Assembly: GCA_039912685.1 (NCBI GenBank)
Contig: JBDSPG010000145.1
Coordinates: 1 to 48,339 of the forward strand
From: Longimicrobiales bacterium
GTDB lineage: Bacteria; Gemmatimonadota; Gemmatimonadetes; Longimicrobiales; RSA9
DNA length: 48,339 nucleotides
Direction: 5' to 3'
Numbering within the stretch: position 1 is the first letter of the stretch; each line of letters begins with the position of its first letter. Positions 36,754 to 47,218 of the stretch are shown here, one piece after another. A model generated the notes under the pieces. It was not told the origin of the DNA, made no database searches, and worked only from the letters and a program-made list of their open reading frames with translations. The position numbers and the translations under genes were made by a program.

Positions 36754-39576
36754 CTATCTGCCGCCTGCGGGGCGCTGCCGTACGCGTTCGACTTCGTTGA
36801 GGAGTACGGGCGTGCCGGCGATGTCCTCGTAGGCGGCATCGAGCCAGCGTCGCGCGTCATCCTTCTGTCCCGCCCGGGCGAGAAGTGTGGCGAGGAAGAG
36901 TCGGTCAGTGACGTTGGAATGCGTCCAGGCCCACCCGATCATGAGCGGTTTTCGAGGCGGCAGCCAGGTGCGTTGCAGCTCGCGTAATGCGCCCGCGCTG
37001 TCACCCTTCTGTGCGAGCAGATGCGCGCGCAACGACCCCGCAAGACTCTGCTGAAACACTCCGAGATTTGTGGCGGCCGTATCGGCTGCGAGCTGGTTGG
37101 CGAAGCGCAGCGCATTGCTGTCACGCGCTGCGATCGCGAGCAGACCGAGTTGGTATGTACGTCGCGCTCTCGCGAAGTGCTGCGGGTCCGCGGCGGCTGT
37201 GGTTTTGGGTGACGCGGCCGGTGGATGTTCGAGCAGCGCGCGCTGCGCGTCACGAATGTCCTCTGCAGTGGCACCGAGGAACGGCATCGTCACCAGGTTC
37301 GCAAATACCTGCGCGGCGATGACAGGGTCGAGTGCGGCGAGCATCGTGATCTGCCGTTTCGCCTCGGCCCATTTGCCCTGTCCAGCGCACACGTGAATCA
37401 GCGTTTGCAGCGCGATGGTTCGTTCTCCGCGGGGTCGTCCGGCACTTGTTGCGATGCGCGCCAGCCGCTCCGCCGTCGGCAGGTCGCCAGAATAAACCGC
37501 AACGCGCTCGGCATCGGAAACGATCTTGTAGCCATCGCGATGAAAGGTGAGTCGCGATATAACGCTGTCGATACCGGCAGCGTTCCGGCTTGCGGATGCA
37601 CGCAGTGCTCGGATTTCGACTGTGCGGTCGTGCGCAGGATCGATGCGCGTGGCGTGGCCGAGCAGGGAGTCGAGCAACGGCACGTTGCGGTTGAGGGCCG
37701 CCACACGCGCGAGATGCATCAACGCACCGATATGCGATGGATCGAGCGCAATGACGCGGCGGAATGAGGCTTCGGAGTCGCGCATCGAACGGCCCATCCA
37801 AGGCCCTGCGTGAAACAGCACCTCGCCACGCTCGAACCATGCTTCGACGTCGGTCGGCCGCGCGGTGGTCAGCTCACCATAGATTTCGTTCGCGCGGCGC
37901 GCATCGCCGAACCAGTACTCCCAGCGTGCAGTGACGAGATCTGACGCCGCGCGGGGGAGTCGGTCACGATGTCGCATGGCTGCCTGTGCGGATGCCTCGG
38001 CGATCTCTGCCTTGCCCGCCCAGTCTGCTGCACTGCTGAGCCGGTAGTACGCGAGACCGAATGTCGAGTCCTTTGCAACCGCATCCTGGAATGCAGTCAC
38101 TGCGTTCTCGTACTCACCTGCACGGAACAGCTGTTCGCCGCGCAAATACTGCTGCACTGCGGGATAGGATGACGTCGTGAGTGCGGCGAGCGATCCGAGC
38201 TGTGTCGATGGGCCGGTCAACAGGCCCGCAACGAGTTCGCGCGCGAGATCGTCGATCGCAGGGAAGAGATCGGCTTCCGATGCCGCGACACGATCGGATC
38301 GCGCGAGCACAGCGCCGCCCGCGTCATACAGTGTGGCCGTGATCTGCAACGCCTCACCGCCCTGAACGACCGTTCCAGTAATGAAGTGCTGTGCGCCGAA
38401 CCGGCGTGCGAGGACACGCGCGACCTCGAGATCACTGCTCGTCGAGCGGCGCGGCAAGTTCTCGAGCATCGCCTTGGGATCAACGACACGCAGACCCGGC
38501 GCGCCATCGAGCTTCGCCACCAGCAGGTCCACCATGCCCTCGCGCAGGTATGCGATACGATCGCTGCCTCGCACGGAGAACGGCGTAATGACGATCTGCG
38601 CAACCGTGTCTTTCGACGGCGAATTCGTGTGCAGGCCGAAGCGCGCGGCGATTGCCGCGAGGATGATGAGCAGTGCCGCGACCGGCAGCGCTCTACGCCA
38701 GAAACGGTTTCGTCGCGGCCCGGTTGCCCGTGCGGGGACCGGTGATGCGTCGTACGTTTCGAGCGCCTGCATTACCGTTTCCGAATTAGGCGTGGCGCTC
38801 TCGCTCGTGCTCAACGTTGCGAGCCGGCTGCGCAGCAGTTGCACCTTCCGCCGAAGCGTATTCGTCGGCTCGAGGTTGAGCGCTTCCGATGTGCGCAGCA
38901 CGAAACGATCGGCCTCGGACAGCGCGGGGACACCGTGGCCCTCGAGCTCCATCGCCTCCATCAGGCCGAAAAGCAGTGTCTCATCGTACGGAGAGGCGGA
39001 CAATGCGCGGCGGTAGTATATGGCGGCTTCCGCATTGTCACCGCTGTCGAGTGCATCCGCGGCAACCGCCGTCAGCACCTTGATGGCCAACCCGCGCAGC
39101 TTGGTCCGCTCGGCATCGAGCCAGTCATCAAACGCTGGAACACCGCTCACATGAAATGACGAAAGCAGGTCGCCGCGATAGAGCCGGACGGCGGCGGCAT
39201 GGTCGCGGCGGCTAACGGCCGCACGAAATTCGTGTGCGTCCACCGACAACCGGTCCGGATCAAGACGCACATCATCTGCGCCCCGCGTCTGGATCAGCTC
39301 GGGTCCGAGAGTCCGGCGGAGAGTGTAGAGGGCATCGCGCAGACCGGCGCGAGCGCGTTCCTGATCGCTTTCGGGCCAGAAGATGGCGAGCATACGATCG
39401 CGCCGGACGTATGCGCCCGGAGCGGCAAGTGCCAGGTAAGCGAGTACGGCGAAGCGCTTCGGCTGGGTGAGGATCGTACGTGCGTGGCCGTCGTCCCCGT
39501 CCAGTTCGACGGGGCCGAGCAGCCGTAACAGGATTGGACCCTGGGATTCAGCGGTCAAAAAAAGCAACTCGCGCAA
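36754..39576 (-). CDS. Membrane-spanning SARP/BTAD transcriptional regulator with extracytoplasmic TolB-N-like and TPR regions
   Basis: LRLLGPVEL, QPKRFAVLAYL, FWPESD, LY.LRR.LG, LYRGDLL, FDDWLDAER (wHTH + BTAD); TM ALPVAALLIILAAIAA; TPR helices. Start uncertain. Confidence 0.88.
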   Translation of the reverse strand: MRELLFLTAESQGPILLRLLGPVELDGDDGHARTILTQPKRFAVLAYLALAAPGAYVRRDRMLAIFWPESDQERARAGLRDALYTLRRTLGPELIQTRGADDVRLDPDRLSVDAHEFRAAVSRRDHAAAVRLYRGDLLSSFHVSGVPAFDDWLDAERTKLRGLAIKVLTAVAADALDSGDNAEAAIYYRRALSASPYDETLLFGLMEAMELEGHGVPALSEADRFVLRTSEALNLEPTNTLRRKVQLLRSRLATLSTSESATPNSETVMQALETYDASPVPARATGPRRNRFWRRALPVAALLIILAAIAARFGLHTNSPSKDTVAQIVITPFSVRGSDRIAYLREGMVDLLVAKLDGAPGLRVVDPKAMLENLPRRSTSSDLEVARVLARRFGAQHFITGTVVQGGEALQITATLYDAGGAVLARSDRVAASEADLFPAIDDLARELVAGLLTGPSTQLGSLAALTTSSYPAVQQYLRGEQLFRAGEYENAVTAFQDAVAKDSTFGLAYYRLSSAADWAGKAEIAEASAQAAMRHRDRLPRAASDLVTARWEYWFGDARRANEIYGELTTARPTDVEAWFERGEVLFHAGPWMGRSMRDSEASFRRVIALDPSHIGALMHLARVAALNRNVPLLDSLLGHATRIDPAHDRTVEIRALRASASRNAAGIDSVISRLTFHRDGYKIVSDAERVAVYSGDLPTAERLARIATSAGRPRGERTIALQTLIHVCAGQGKWAEAKRQITMLAALDPVIAAQVFANLVTMPFLGATAEDIRDAQRALLEHPPAASPKTTAAADPQHFARARRTYQLGLLAIAARDSNALRFANQLAADTAATNLGVFQQSLAGSLRAHLLAQKGDSAGALRELQRTWLPPRKPLMIGWAWTHSNVTDRLFLATLLARAGQKDDARRWLDAAYEDIAGTPVLLNEVERVRQRPAGGR

Positions 39577-39673
39577 GGGAACGATGCCAGACGATGGGCT
39601 TGCGACGGCAGATGATTATCAGTACAAGTCAAGATAATGGCGGATCAGATTCGCACAACATCTGGAGGCAGTA

Positions 39674-42600
39674 ATGAAGGTCGTCGCATTCCGTCCGTTC
39701 GTCGGTATCCTCGCACTAGCGGCCACGTTCGCCGCGTGCGAAACGAAATCACCGACCGACGATCCAGGCACCGAGCAGGGCACGCTCGCCCTCGCCGTCG
39801 GGGTCACAACGGTTACCCTCGAGCAGGGCGGTACCGCTACAATCCCGGTGACGATCACCCGCGGTGGAGGTTTCACCGGGTCGGTCACCGTGAACGTGGA
39901 AGGAGTGCCTGCAGGAGTCAGCAGCTCAGAGGTGACAATTGCCGCCGGTGCAACCACGGGCACTGCGACGCTGACAGCCAATGCCACGGCAACCCCCGGC
40001 GCTGCAAACCTCACGGTCCGGGCGCATGGTACGAACGTGCCGGACGCCACGAAGCCAGTTGCCCTGAATACGACAGTGCGCGGCACGTACACACTCGCGG
40101 CAACTCCGGCCACGCTCAGCGTAGCGGCGGGCGGTACGGTACGCACGGATATCAGCGCGGTACGCGTGAACAACTTCGGTGGCGGGGTCGCGGTGACGGC
40201 GACGGCGCCAGCCGGACTGACGGCAACCCTGCTGCCCGGCGTGATCGGGCCGACCCTCCCGAGCGCCGGCCTCGACATCGCAGTGGCAGGCACTGTCGCG
40301 CCGGGAACCTACAACGTAACCGTCCAGGGTGTAACGGCCGGGCTGGCCAATCAGACGGTCACTGTGGTGGTGACGGTAACGGCACCCGGCTCTTTCACGA
40401 TGACGGCAAATCCCGCAACGCTGAATATCGCGCAGGGCGCACAGGCCACGAGCACAATCACGATTGCACGCACGGGAAGCTTCACGGCGCCGGTAGCGTT
40501 GACGGCAAATGCGACGGCGGCAATGACCGTTTCGTTCAATCCCGCCTCGGTCACAGGAACGACGTCGGTGGTCAGCATCACGGTGTCAGCCGGTCTGGCA
40601 CCGGGCACATACCCGGTCGTCGTGAACGGCAACGCGACGGGTGTCGCACAGCAGAGCACAACGATTTCGGTGACAGTGCCGACAGCGGCACCGACACCAG
40701 CGCTGTCACTTGCGGTGTTGCCATCACCGATCGCGGTGGTTGCCGGTGCAAGCGGTAATGCCACACTGAACATCTCGCGTCTCGGTGGATTCACGGGTGC
40801 AGTGTCCGTGACGGCGGATGCAGCGCCGGCAGGACTGACAGTTGGAATCAATCCGACATCGGTGGCGACAGGCGCGTCAACGGCTGCGATTTCGGTGTCA
40901 GCTCTCGGCTCGGTTGCTGCGGGCACGTATAACATCACTCTGCGAGCGAATGGTACCGGGGTCGCGGAGGCGGTGGTCACGGTTCCGGTTACGGTGAGCG
41001 CGGCGCCGGGCACACTCGGCATCGCGGTGGCGCCGACCGCGGTATCGGTGGCCGCGGGTGCGAGTGCGAACACCACGCTGACGGCAACGCGCGGCGGATC
41101 CTTCACGGGTGCGGTGGCGCTGACTGCGGATGCGGCACCTGCAGGAATCACGGTGGCGTTCACACCCGCATCGATTGCGGGAGGATCTGCGACATCGACC
41201 ATCGCCATCAGCGCCGCTTCGTCAGTTGCGCCTGGTACGTACAACGTCACGGTCCGTGCGAACGGCACGGGTGTGACAGAGCAGTCGGTTGTCATTCCGG
41301 TCACAGTTACTGCGGCCGGCGGATTCACAATGGCGATTGCTCCGACGTCGCTCTCGGTTGCAGCGGGCGCGTCGGGTGCAACGACGCTGACGCTCACGCG
41401 GACAAATGGATTCACCGGAACAGTCAACCTGACGGCAACAGCGCCGGCGGGTGTGACGGTGACGTTCACACCGTCCGCGGTGACGGCGTTGACTTCAACG
41501 GTGAGTGTAGCTGTTGCGGGTGGTACGGCAGCCGGCTTGCAGAACGTGACGATCAGGGCGAATGCGACGGGATTGGCTGAGCAGACGGTTGCGCTGCCCG
41601 TGACGATCACGGCGGGTCAGGTTACGTCAGGTAACGTGACGTTCAACTTCTGCGGCAGCAGTGGAATTCCGCTGTTTGTTGCAGCCAAGAATGGTGGCGG
41701 GCCCTGGCAACCTGTGGGGGCCGCAGGCAACGGAAGCTACTCGTTCCAGATCGATGCGCTCGGAAGCATCTCGTACGTTGTGCCCGTCACAGGTGGTGGT
41801 TTCCGCACTGAAGTGTTTTCCGGCACCACGGCCGACTTGCAGCGCCAAGGTGCAGGACTTTGTGCGCAGCTCACCGGCGCGGGCAAGGTCGTTAACGGGA
41901 CAGTCACAGGAATCAATGCCGATGGGACCCACGTCGTCATGGCGGGCCTGGGCAAGGCCCAGGGGACTGTTGTCGGCAGCAACGTGACATTCAATGATGT
42001 GGACAACGGTACGGTCGACCTGATCGCAGGACGCACCGCCGTCGGATTCGACCTGGGTACATTCCTGCCCACCGCGACAACGGACAAGATGGTGCTGCGA
42101 CGTAATCTGAACCCGGCTGCAGGCTCGACGCTGCCGGTAATCGACATGTCGACCGGGTTCACTCCGGCCCAGGCGACTGCCACGCTTACGAATCTCGGGG
42201 CCGGTCCGTCCGACTTTACCACGGGCGCCTACCTGTATTCGACAGCTAACGGCTCCTACGGCGCGTATGGAATAACTTCGAGTGGTCCATCGACGACGCG
42301 CCCATGGTATGGCGTTCCGGCGGCCCAGCAGGTGGCAGGGGACCTCCATGTTGTCACCTTCGCAGCCTCCGGCCAATCGGATGCGACCAACTCGCGCGTA
42401 GTAACGGTGGTCTCTACGATCGTGAAGGCGTTGACGTTCGCGTTCGGTCCGTTGCTCAATGCTCCAACAGTCTCAGTAGTTGGAACGGCTCCCTATGTCC
42501 GGCTACGCGCCGTGCTTGCGATCCAGGCGCAGTATGGCAATCAGTTCATTGCTTCGTACCAACAGCAGGGCGCAACGCCGCGCACCGTGAATGTGAGCGC

Positions 42601-42811
42601 AACATCGGGGTTCACGGGGAGTGCTACGGCAACGCTCGAGATTCCTGACCTCTCAGGCGTGGCCGGCTGGAACAACACCTGGGGCTTGGTCGCAGGCGTT
42701 TCAACTCCATGGTCAGTGTCCGCGACGGGTTACTCGAATGGAACACCGACGACCTTCGTCGATGGTAACATTTACATGTCTGCATCAAAGACCGGCACAA
42801 TCACTCCGTAA
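39674..42811 (+). CDS. Large surface lipoprotein with six tandem Ig-like repeats of about 100 aa
   Basis: GGAGG SD, lipobox FAAC, repeats of TR.GGFTG.V...PAG.TV...GTYNVTVRA.GTG; Thr/Ala/Gly/Val-rich; distinct C-terminal domain from GNVTFNFC. Confidence 0.88.
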   Translation: MKVVAFRPFVGILALAATFAACETKSPTDDPGTEQGTLALAVGVTTVTLEQGGTATIPVTITRGGGFTGSVTVNVEGVPAGVSSSEVTIAAGATTGTATLTANATATPGAANLTVRAHGTNVPDATKPVALNTTVRGTYTLAATPATLSVAAGGTVRTDISAVRVNNFGGGVAVTATAPAGLTATLLPGVIGPTLPSAGLDIAVAGTVAPGTYNVTVQGVTAGLANQTVTVVVTVTAPGSFTMTANPATLNIAQGAQATSTITIARTGSFTAPVALTANATAAMTVSFNPASVTGTTSVVSITVSAGLAPGTYPVVVNGNATGVAQQSTTISVTVPTAAPTPALSLAVLPSPIAVVAGASGNATLNISRLGGFTGAVSVTADAAPAGLTVGINPTSVATGASTAAISVSALGSVAAGTYNITLRANGTGVAEAVVTVPVTVSAAPGTLGIAVAPTAVSVAAGASANTTLTATRGGSFTGAVALTADAAPAGITVAFTPASIAGGSATSTIAISAASSVAPGTYNVTVRANGTGVTEQSVVIPVTVTAAGGFTMAIAPTSLSVAAGASGATTLTLTRTNGFTGTVNLTATAPAGVTVTFTPSAVTALTSTVSVAVAGGTAAGLQNVTIRANATGLAEQTVALPVTITAGQVTSGNVTFNFCGSSGIPLFVAAKNGGGPWQPVGAAGNGSYSFQIDALGSISYVVPVTGGGFRTEVFSGTTADLQRQGAGLCAQLTGAGKVVNGTVTGINADGTHVVMAGLGKAQGTVVGSNVTFNDVDNGTVDLIAGRTAVGFDLGTFLPTATTDKMVLRRNLNPAAGSTLPVIDMSTGFTPAQATATLTNLGAGPSDFTTGAYLYSTANGSYGAYGITSSGPSTTRPWYGVPAAQQVAGDLHVVTFAASGQSDATNSRVVTVVSTIVKALTFAFGPLLNAPTVSVVGTAPYVRLRAVLAIQAQYGNQFIASYQQQGATPRTVNVSATSGFTGSATATLEIPDLSGVAGWNNTWGLVAGVSTPWSVSATGYSNGTPTTFVDGNIYMSASKTGTITP

Positions 42812-42832
42812 TACCGCCCTCCGTGGTTAGTG

Positions 42833-42875
42833 AAAAATGGCCGGCGCCCTTCAGGGGCGCCGGCCATTTCTCTTT
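42833..42875. terminator. Bidirectional intrinsic terminator
   Basis: AAATGGCCGGCGCCC-ttcag-GGGCGCCGGCCATTT flanked by A-rich and T-rich tracts, between convergent genes. Confidence 0.88.
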
Positions 42876-42904
42876 CCGCACATCGCTCGTGCTGGTGCGA
42901 ATGG

Positions 42905-44122
42905 CTACAGCGCCTGCACCGCCCTCGACATCACCGCCTTATGCGCAGCAATCCCCGCGATCGTCGACTTCATCGCATCCTCGGCCGTCGCAACCACCGG
43001 CAAATTCTCATCGATACTCTTGATGTAATCCGCGAGCGCGTAATACAAAGGCGGATGCTCGAGACCGATGCCTTCCTTCAACAGCCCCTGCGCGGCGAGC
43101 TGCGTAGCGTCGGCGAGGAGAACGATACCTTCGTCGGCGCCGAACTGCTGGCGTGACGCATACACTTCCCAGCCCTGCGTGGCGGCATCGGCTTCCTTGA
43201 AGTACCACGCGTGCGTGACTGCTGACTTCACGGCGGAGTTGGTGCCATACGCGATCTGGTGTTCACCACCATACGAGTTGGCGAGTGTCGCGGAGAAGTC
43301 GAATGCGACCTCGTCGACCCACTCCATAGTGAACTGCACGGTATCCGGCAGCTTGCGACCGTCGTTCCACAGGCGCGTGATGCCGCGGCCGGTGACGCGC
43401 GCGGGCTCGGAGCTGCGGACATAGCGCATGAAGTCGATGGCATGCGTGCCATGTTCGCCGGCGAGGCCGATGGAGACGTCGGGATTGAGGCGCCAGTTGA
43501 TGTCGGCGTCGGTTGCACCGGCGGGAACGGGAAAACGGCCGCTGGTCTTGTGATGATGCTGCGCGTACATGAGAACAATGTCGCGCACGGAGTCGGAGCG
43601 GATGAGGCTGCGCACGCGCTTGTTGAGCGGGTTGGAGCGCGCGATGAGGCCGGCCTGGAAGACACGACCAGCATTCGTGGCAGCCGCAGCGGCAATCGCG
43701 CGCGCATCGTCGGGCGTGTGCGCGATAGGCGCCTCACAATAGATGTGCTTCTTCGCCGCCACGGCATCCCGAACGATCTGCGTGTGCAGGTGCGTCGGCG
43801 TCGCAATCAGGACTGCCTCGATGTCGGTGCGCTTCCCGAAGATGTCGCGGTAGTCGGCGAACCCCTCGGCGCCGGCCGCGCGATCCTGCCCGGCCTTTAC
43901 GCGCGTCGGCAGAACGTCGCAAACAGCTGCAACTTCGACAGACCCGAGCTTCATGATCTGCTCGATGATGTCGCGGCCCTGCGCACCAACGCCGATGACC
44001 GCAACCTTGCGCAGGCGCTCGCCAATGATCGGTGCGCTGAACACGTACTCGGGAAACAGCGCGATGGCAGCCATGGAGCCGGCGGTCTGCGCAATGAAGG
44101 TACGACGGTCGGTGTCAGTCAT
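42905..44122 (-). CDS. Tat-exported Gfo/Idh/MocA oxidoreductase (variant EAP motif)
   Basis: DRRTFI Tat motif, VIGVGAQG, IATPTHLH; YCEAPIA in place of EKP. Confidence 0.88.
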   Translation of the reverse strand: MTDTDRRTFIAQTAGSMAAIALFPEYVFSAPIIGERLRKVAVIGVGAQGRDIIEQIMKLGSVEVAAVCDVLPTRVKAGQDRAAGAEGFADYRDIFGKRTDIEAVLIATPTHLHTQIVRDAVAAKKHIYCEAPIAHTPDDARAIAAAAATNAGRVFQAGLIARSNPLNKRVRSLIRSDSVRDIVLMYAQHHHKTSGRFPVPAGATDADINWRLNPDVSIGLAGEHGTHAIDFMRYVRSSEPARVTGRGITRLWNDGRKLPDTVQFTMEWVDEVAFDFSATLANSYGGEHQIAYGTNSAVKSAVTHAWYFKEADAATQGWEVYASRQQFGADEGIVLLADATQLAAQGLLKEGIGLEHPPLYYALADYIKSIDENLPVVATAEDAMKSTIAGIAAHKAVMSRAVQAL

Positions 44123-44891
44123 ATGCCTCTATGATGGTCTGCCATTCTGAATCCATGCGTGCGGGTCGAGCGCCGAGCACCGCAACTGCTGTCGACCATG
44201 CATCGCCCAGCCGCGCGGATGGGCCGGTGACTGCGGCGATGCGCGGTCCCTTGATGAACGCGCCAGTCGAAGGGTCGACGATGTGTTCGCGCATAGCGCC
44301 GCTCGATACCGACAGCGTCTCGTCCGACAGAGTAACGGTGGTCCCCGACGGTGCGAGTGCTATGGTCCAGCCCTGGGGAGAACCAGCAGGCGATCCAACC
44401 GCGGCAACACTGCTGGTTCCGCCATGCACGAGGGCGCGGGTAACTCCGTGCTCGCGCAGGATAGCCGCCGCGCGATCCACTGCATGACCCTTCGCGATGC
44501 CGCCGAGGTCGATCGAGATGCCGTCGCATCCGAACGAAACGGTGCGCGCATTCTCATCGAGGATCACACGGTCCATTCCGCTTCCGCGCGTCACGTCGAA
44601 CGCGCCATCCGATAAACGCCACACCGCCTGCGCATCCTGCAGCAAGGAGAAAGTATCAACATCGAGCCTGACCGGCGCCGATAACGCCGTGCGATTGATG
44701 TGTGAGACCAGCGAATCCTTGGCAAAAAACGAAAGCTGCCGGTGCAGCCGCTCGATCTCCGCGATCGCAGCCTCACCGACAGCCCTCCAATGCACATCGT
44801 GCTGCGACTCAGCCGCAGCCGTTTCAATGACGATCTCGAACCGCGTCCCCATGGCCGCGGTTGCGAAGCGCAGATCAGATCTCGCGCACAC
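44115..44891 (-). CDS. apbE: FAD:protein FMN transferase (compact, no signal peptide)
   Basis: AMGT, GAFDVT, IDLGGIAKGHAVD, HIVDPSTG, DAWSTA. Start uncertain (GTG 44891 or ATG 44852). Confidence 0.88.
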   Translation of the reverse strand: MCARSDLRFATAAMGTRFEIVIETAAAESQHDVHWRAVGEAAIAEIERLHRQLSFFAKDSLVSHINRTALSAPVRLDVDTFSLLQDAQAVWRLSDGAFDVTRGSGMDRVILDENARTVSFGCDGISIDLGGIAKGHAVDRAAAILREHGVTRALVHGGTSSVAAVGSPAGSPQGWTIALAPSGTTVTLSDETLSVSSGAMREHIVDPSTGAFIKGPRIAAVTGPSARLGDAWSTAVAVLGARPARMDSEWQTIIEAYD

Positions 44892-46176
44892 GCATCGTGG
44901 CCGGATCGAAGCTGTACGCATTGCCAGTCCACATCGAGCGCGTCGCGAGATCAACGATGACCATGATCTTCGTGCCGAGCTCGATGGTCGATGCTGGCTG
45001 CGTCCGATTGCGAATGCCGTCGAGCCATTCCATACGCAGCGTGTCCTGCGGATCCCCGGTGTCGGGCGCAGTGAATTCCTTCGGCTCGACTTCTTCCGTG
45101 AACGCCTGCTCCGGCCGCACCGTCATCTTCTTGCTGGTGAGATACAGGTTCGCCTTGTGTCCGCGCACCAGCGTCTCGAGGCCGAGCTCGTTACATGTCG
45201 AGCCGGCGACGACCATCGTGTGTTCCTTCTCGAACTGCGCGTTGATGTTGACCTGATCGTGGTTCTCCATCGTCTTGTCGATATAGTGGCCACCGGACGC
45301 GACAACGCGCGTGGGCCAGCCGACATCGAGCGCCATCACGAGCGGCGTCATGTAATGAACGAGCAGGTCGCCAATGATGCCGGTCGAGAAATCCTTGTAG
45401 CGGCGCCAGCGTCCGAAGATCTCCGCGTTGTACGGAATCCTCTTCGAATCGCCGAGCCACATTTTCCAGTCGAGGTTTTCGCCGGGCTTCCAGGCAGGAT
45501 CGAGTTTATAGAGCCACTCCCCGGCCTTCGAGTTGCGGCAGTAACTGGTCTGGCTGAAGATCGGCTTGCCGATGCCGTCCGCGGCAATGACTTTCTTCGC
45601 CTCGAGATACGTGGCGTATGTAGTGAACTGCGTGCCGACGACGGCAATGCGGTCGGGATTGCGGCGCCAGACTTCGCGCAAATGCATTCCCTGCTTGAGC
45701 CGCAGTGTCATCGGCTTCTCCATATACACATCTTTGCCAGCGAGCATCGCCTCTTCCGCCATCCGGCCATGCCAGTGTTCGGGCGATGCGATCAGCACGC
45801 CGTGGATCGTCGGATCGGCAATGACCTGACGATAGTCCGTGTACTGCTTGAACTCCGCGTTCGGCGTGATCTTCTTGATCGCCTCGGCTGCAGCAGTGAG
45901 GCGCGGCACACACACATCGCTGATGGCAACAATCTGCACATCCGCCTTGCCAGCCTGCGCAAAACGCGAGAACGCGCGGCAGTGTTCTGTTCCCATACCG
46001 CCCGTACCGATGACGGCGATTCGCACAGGATCCGCATCGCGCGGTGGCTTCACTCCGCGGGTTACCGGGATGGTGGACTCATCCGCACTTACATCCTCGT
46101 ATGCCATGGATGTGAGTGCGCTTGCGCTTGCGGCGAGGACTGCGCTCTTCTTGATGAAACTGCGACGGTCACTCAT
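44875..46176 (-). CDS. Tat-exported Gfo/Idh/MocA oxidoreductase
   Basis: DRRSFIK Tat motif, IGTGGMG, ASPEHWH, YMEKPM, DLLVH. Confidence 0.92.
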   Translation of the reverse strand: MSDRRSFIKKSAVLAASASALTSMAYEDVSADESTIPVTRGVKPPRDADPVRIAVIGTGGMGTEHCRAFSRFAQAGKADVQIVAISDVCVPRLTAAAEAIKKITPNAEFKQYTDYRQVIADPTIHGVLIASPEHWHGRMAEEAMLAGKDVYMEKPMTLRLKQGMHLREVWRRNPDRIAVVGTQFTTYATYLEAKKVIAADGIGKPIFSQTSYCRNSKAGEWLYKLDPAWKPGENLDWKMWLGDSKRIPYNAEIFGRWRRYKDFSTGIIGDLLVHYMTPLVMALDVGWPTRVVASGGHYIDKTMENHDQVNINAQFEKEHTMVVAGSTCNELGLETLVRGHKANLYLTSKKMTVRPEQAFTEEVEPKEFTAPDTGDPQDTLRMEWLDGIRNRTQPASTIELGTKIMVIVDLATRSMWTGNAYSFDPATMRVREI

Positions 46177-46178
46177 GG

Positions 46179-47132
46179 TCAGCTCAGCTCCTGACGCACA
46201 CGCTTCAGGAGCGTAAGCGTACGTGCAATTCCTTCGCGCTCCGGCAGGCGATCGCCCTCATACTCGATTCCAACCCACGAGTGAAAGTTGGAGTCCGTAA
46301 CGATCTTCATCAGCCGGTGATAGTCCTTCGTTGTTTCCTCACCCGTCGTGTCGTCGAAGTCATGGGACTTCGCGCTGACTGCTTTGGCAAAGGGCATCAG
46401 CTCGGTGACGCCAACGTACTTATCGTACGATTCGCCGTTGCCGAGGTTGAAGTTGCCGAAGTCGGGAAGTGTGCCGCAGCGAGGATGATTGACCATGCGC
46501 ATGACGCCGGACAGCCACTTGCCGTTGGATGACAGACCGCCGTGATTCTCGACGATCACATTGATTCCGGCTCCTTCGCCTAGCACACTCAGGCGATGCA
46601 GGCCATCCGCCGCCAGTTTCTGCTGCTCTTCGAAGCTGCCCGCACTCGCGGCGTTCACGCGAATCGTAATACAACCGAGCTCATGCGCAGCATGCAGCCA
46701 CTTCCGATGGTTCTCCACCGCCTGCAGCCGCGCCTTCTCGTCCGGATCGCCGAGACGGCCTTCGCCGTCACACATGATCAGATGCTGCACCACGCCGTAG
46801 TCCTTCGCACGTTTGTTCATCTCGGCGAGGTACGCGGCGTCCATGGCGCGGGTCTTGAAAAATGAGTTCACGTACTCGATTGCATCGATGTCGTAGACCT
46901 CGCGTGCAATGCGCGCAAAGTCGAGGTGATCGCTCGTCTTCGCATTGAGCTCGCGATGCAGCGACCATTGGGCGAGTGAAATTCGGTAGGGCATGCCTCT
47001 CATGCCGGCCCTGGGGTCGGCGGCGCCGGCTGCAGCAGTGGAAGCACAGCCGCTGAGGCCGAGGACGGATGCGCCGGCGAACGCACCGCCGGCGATCGCA
47101 ACAAAGTCCCTGCGGGTGAACGAATCACGCAT
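46179..47132 (-). CDS. Tat-exported sugar phosphate isomerase/epimerase (xylose-isomerase-like TIM barrel)
   Basis: TRRDFV Tat motif, [32 protein letters not shown]. Confidence 0.9.
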   Translation of the reverse strand: MRDSFTRRDFVAIAGGAFAGASVLGLSGCASTAAAGAADPRAGMRGMPYRISLAQWSLHRELNAKTSDHLDFARIAREVYDIDAIEYVNSFFKTRAMDAAYLAEMNKRAKDYGVVQHLIMCDGEGRLGDPDEKARLQAVENHRKWLHAAHELGCITIRVNAASAGSFEEQQKLAADGLHRLSVLGEGAGINVIVENHGGLSSNGKWLSGVMRMVNHPRCGTLPDFGNFNLGNGESYDKYVGVTELMPFAKAVSAKSHDFDDTTGEETTKDYHRLMKIVTDSNFHSWVGIEYEGDRLPEREGIARTLTLLKRVRQELS

Positions 47133-47218
47133 GTGGCGCTCCGGCTTGAATGGAGAAGGGGGCCGACGCGTATATTATGGAGGATCGCAGGCGGTGGACA
47201 ACCAGGGAAGGGTTTTTC

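Noticed and set aside
39637-42376. Long alternative-frame and antisense ORFs (39637-40758, 40351-41610, 41627-42376)
   Set aside because: Shadows of the repetitive, GC-biased Ig-repeat gene; no recognisable motifs.
44497-46194. 565-aa plus-strand ORF, and similar ones such as 28032-28994, 7356-8390, 8710-9789 and 43259-44134
   Set aside because: They lie antisense to well-supported genes; stop-poor reverse frames are expected in high-GC DNA.
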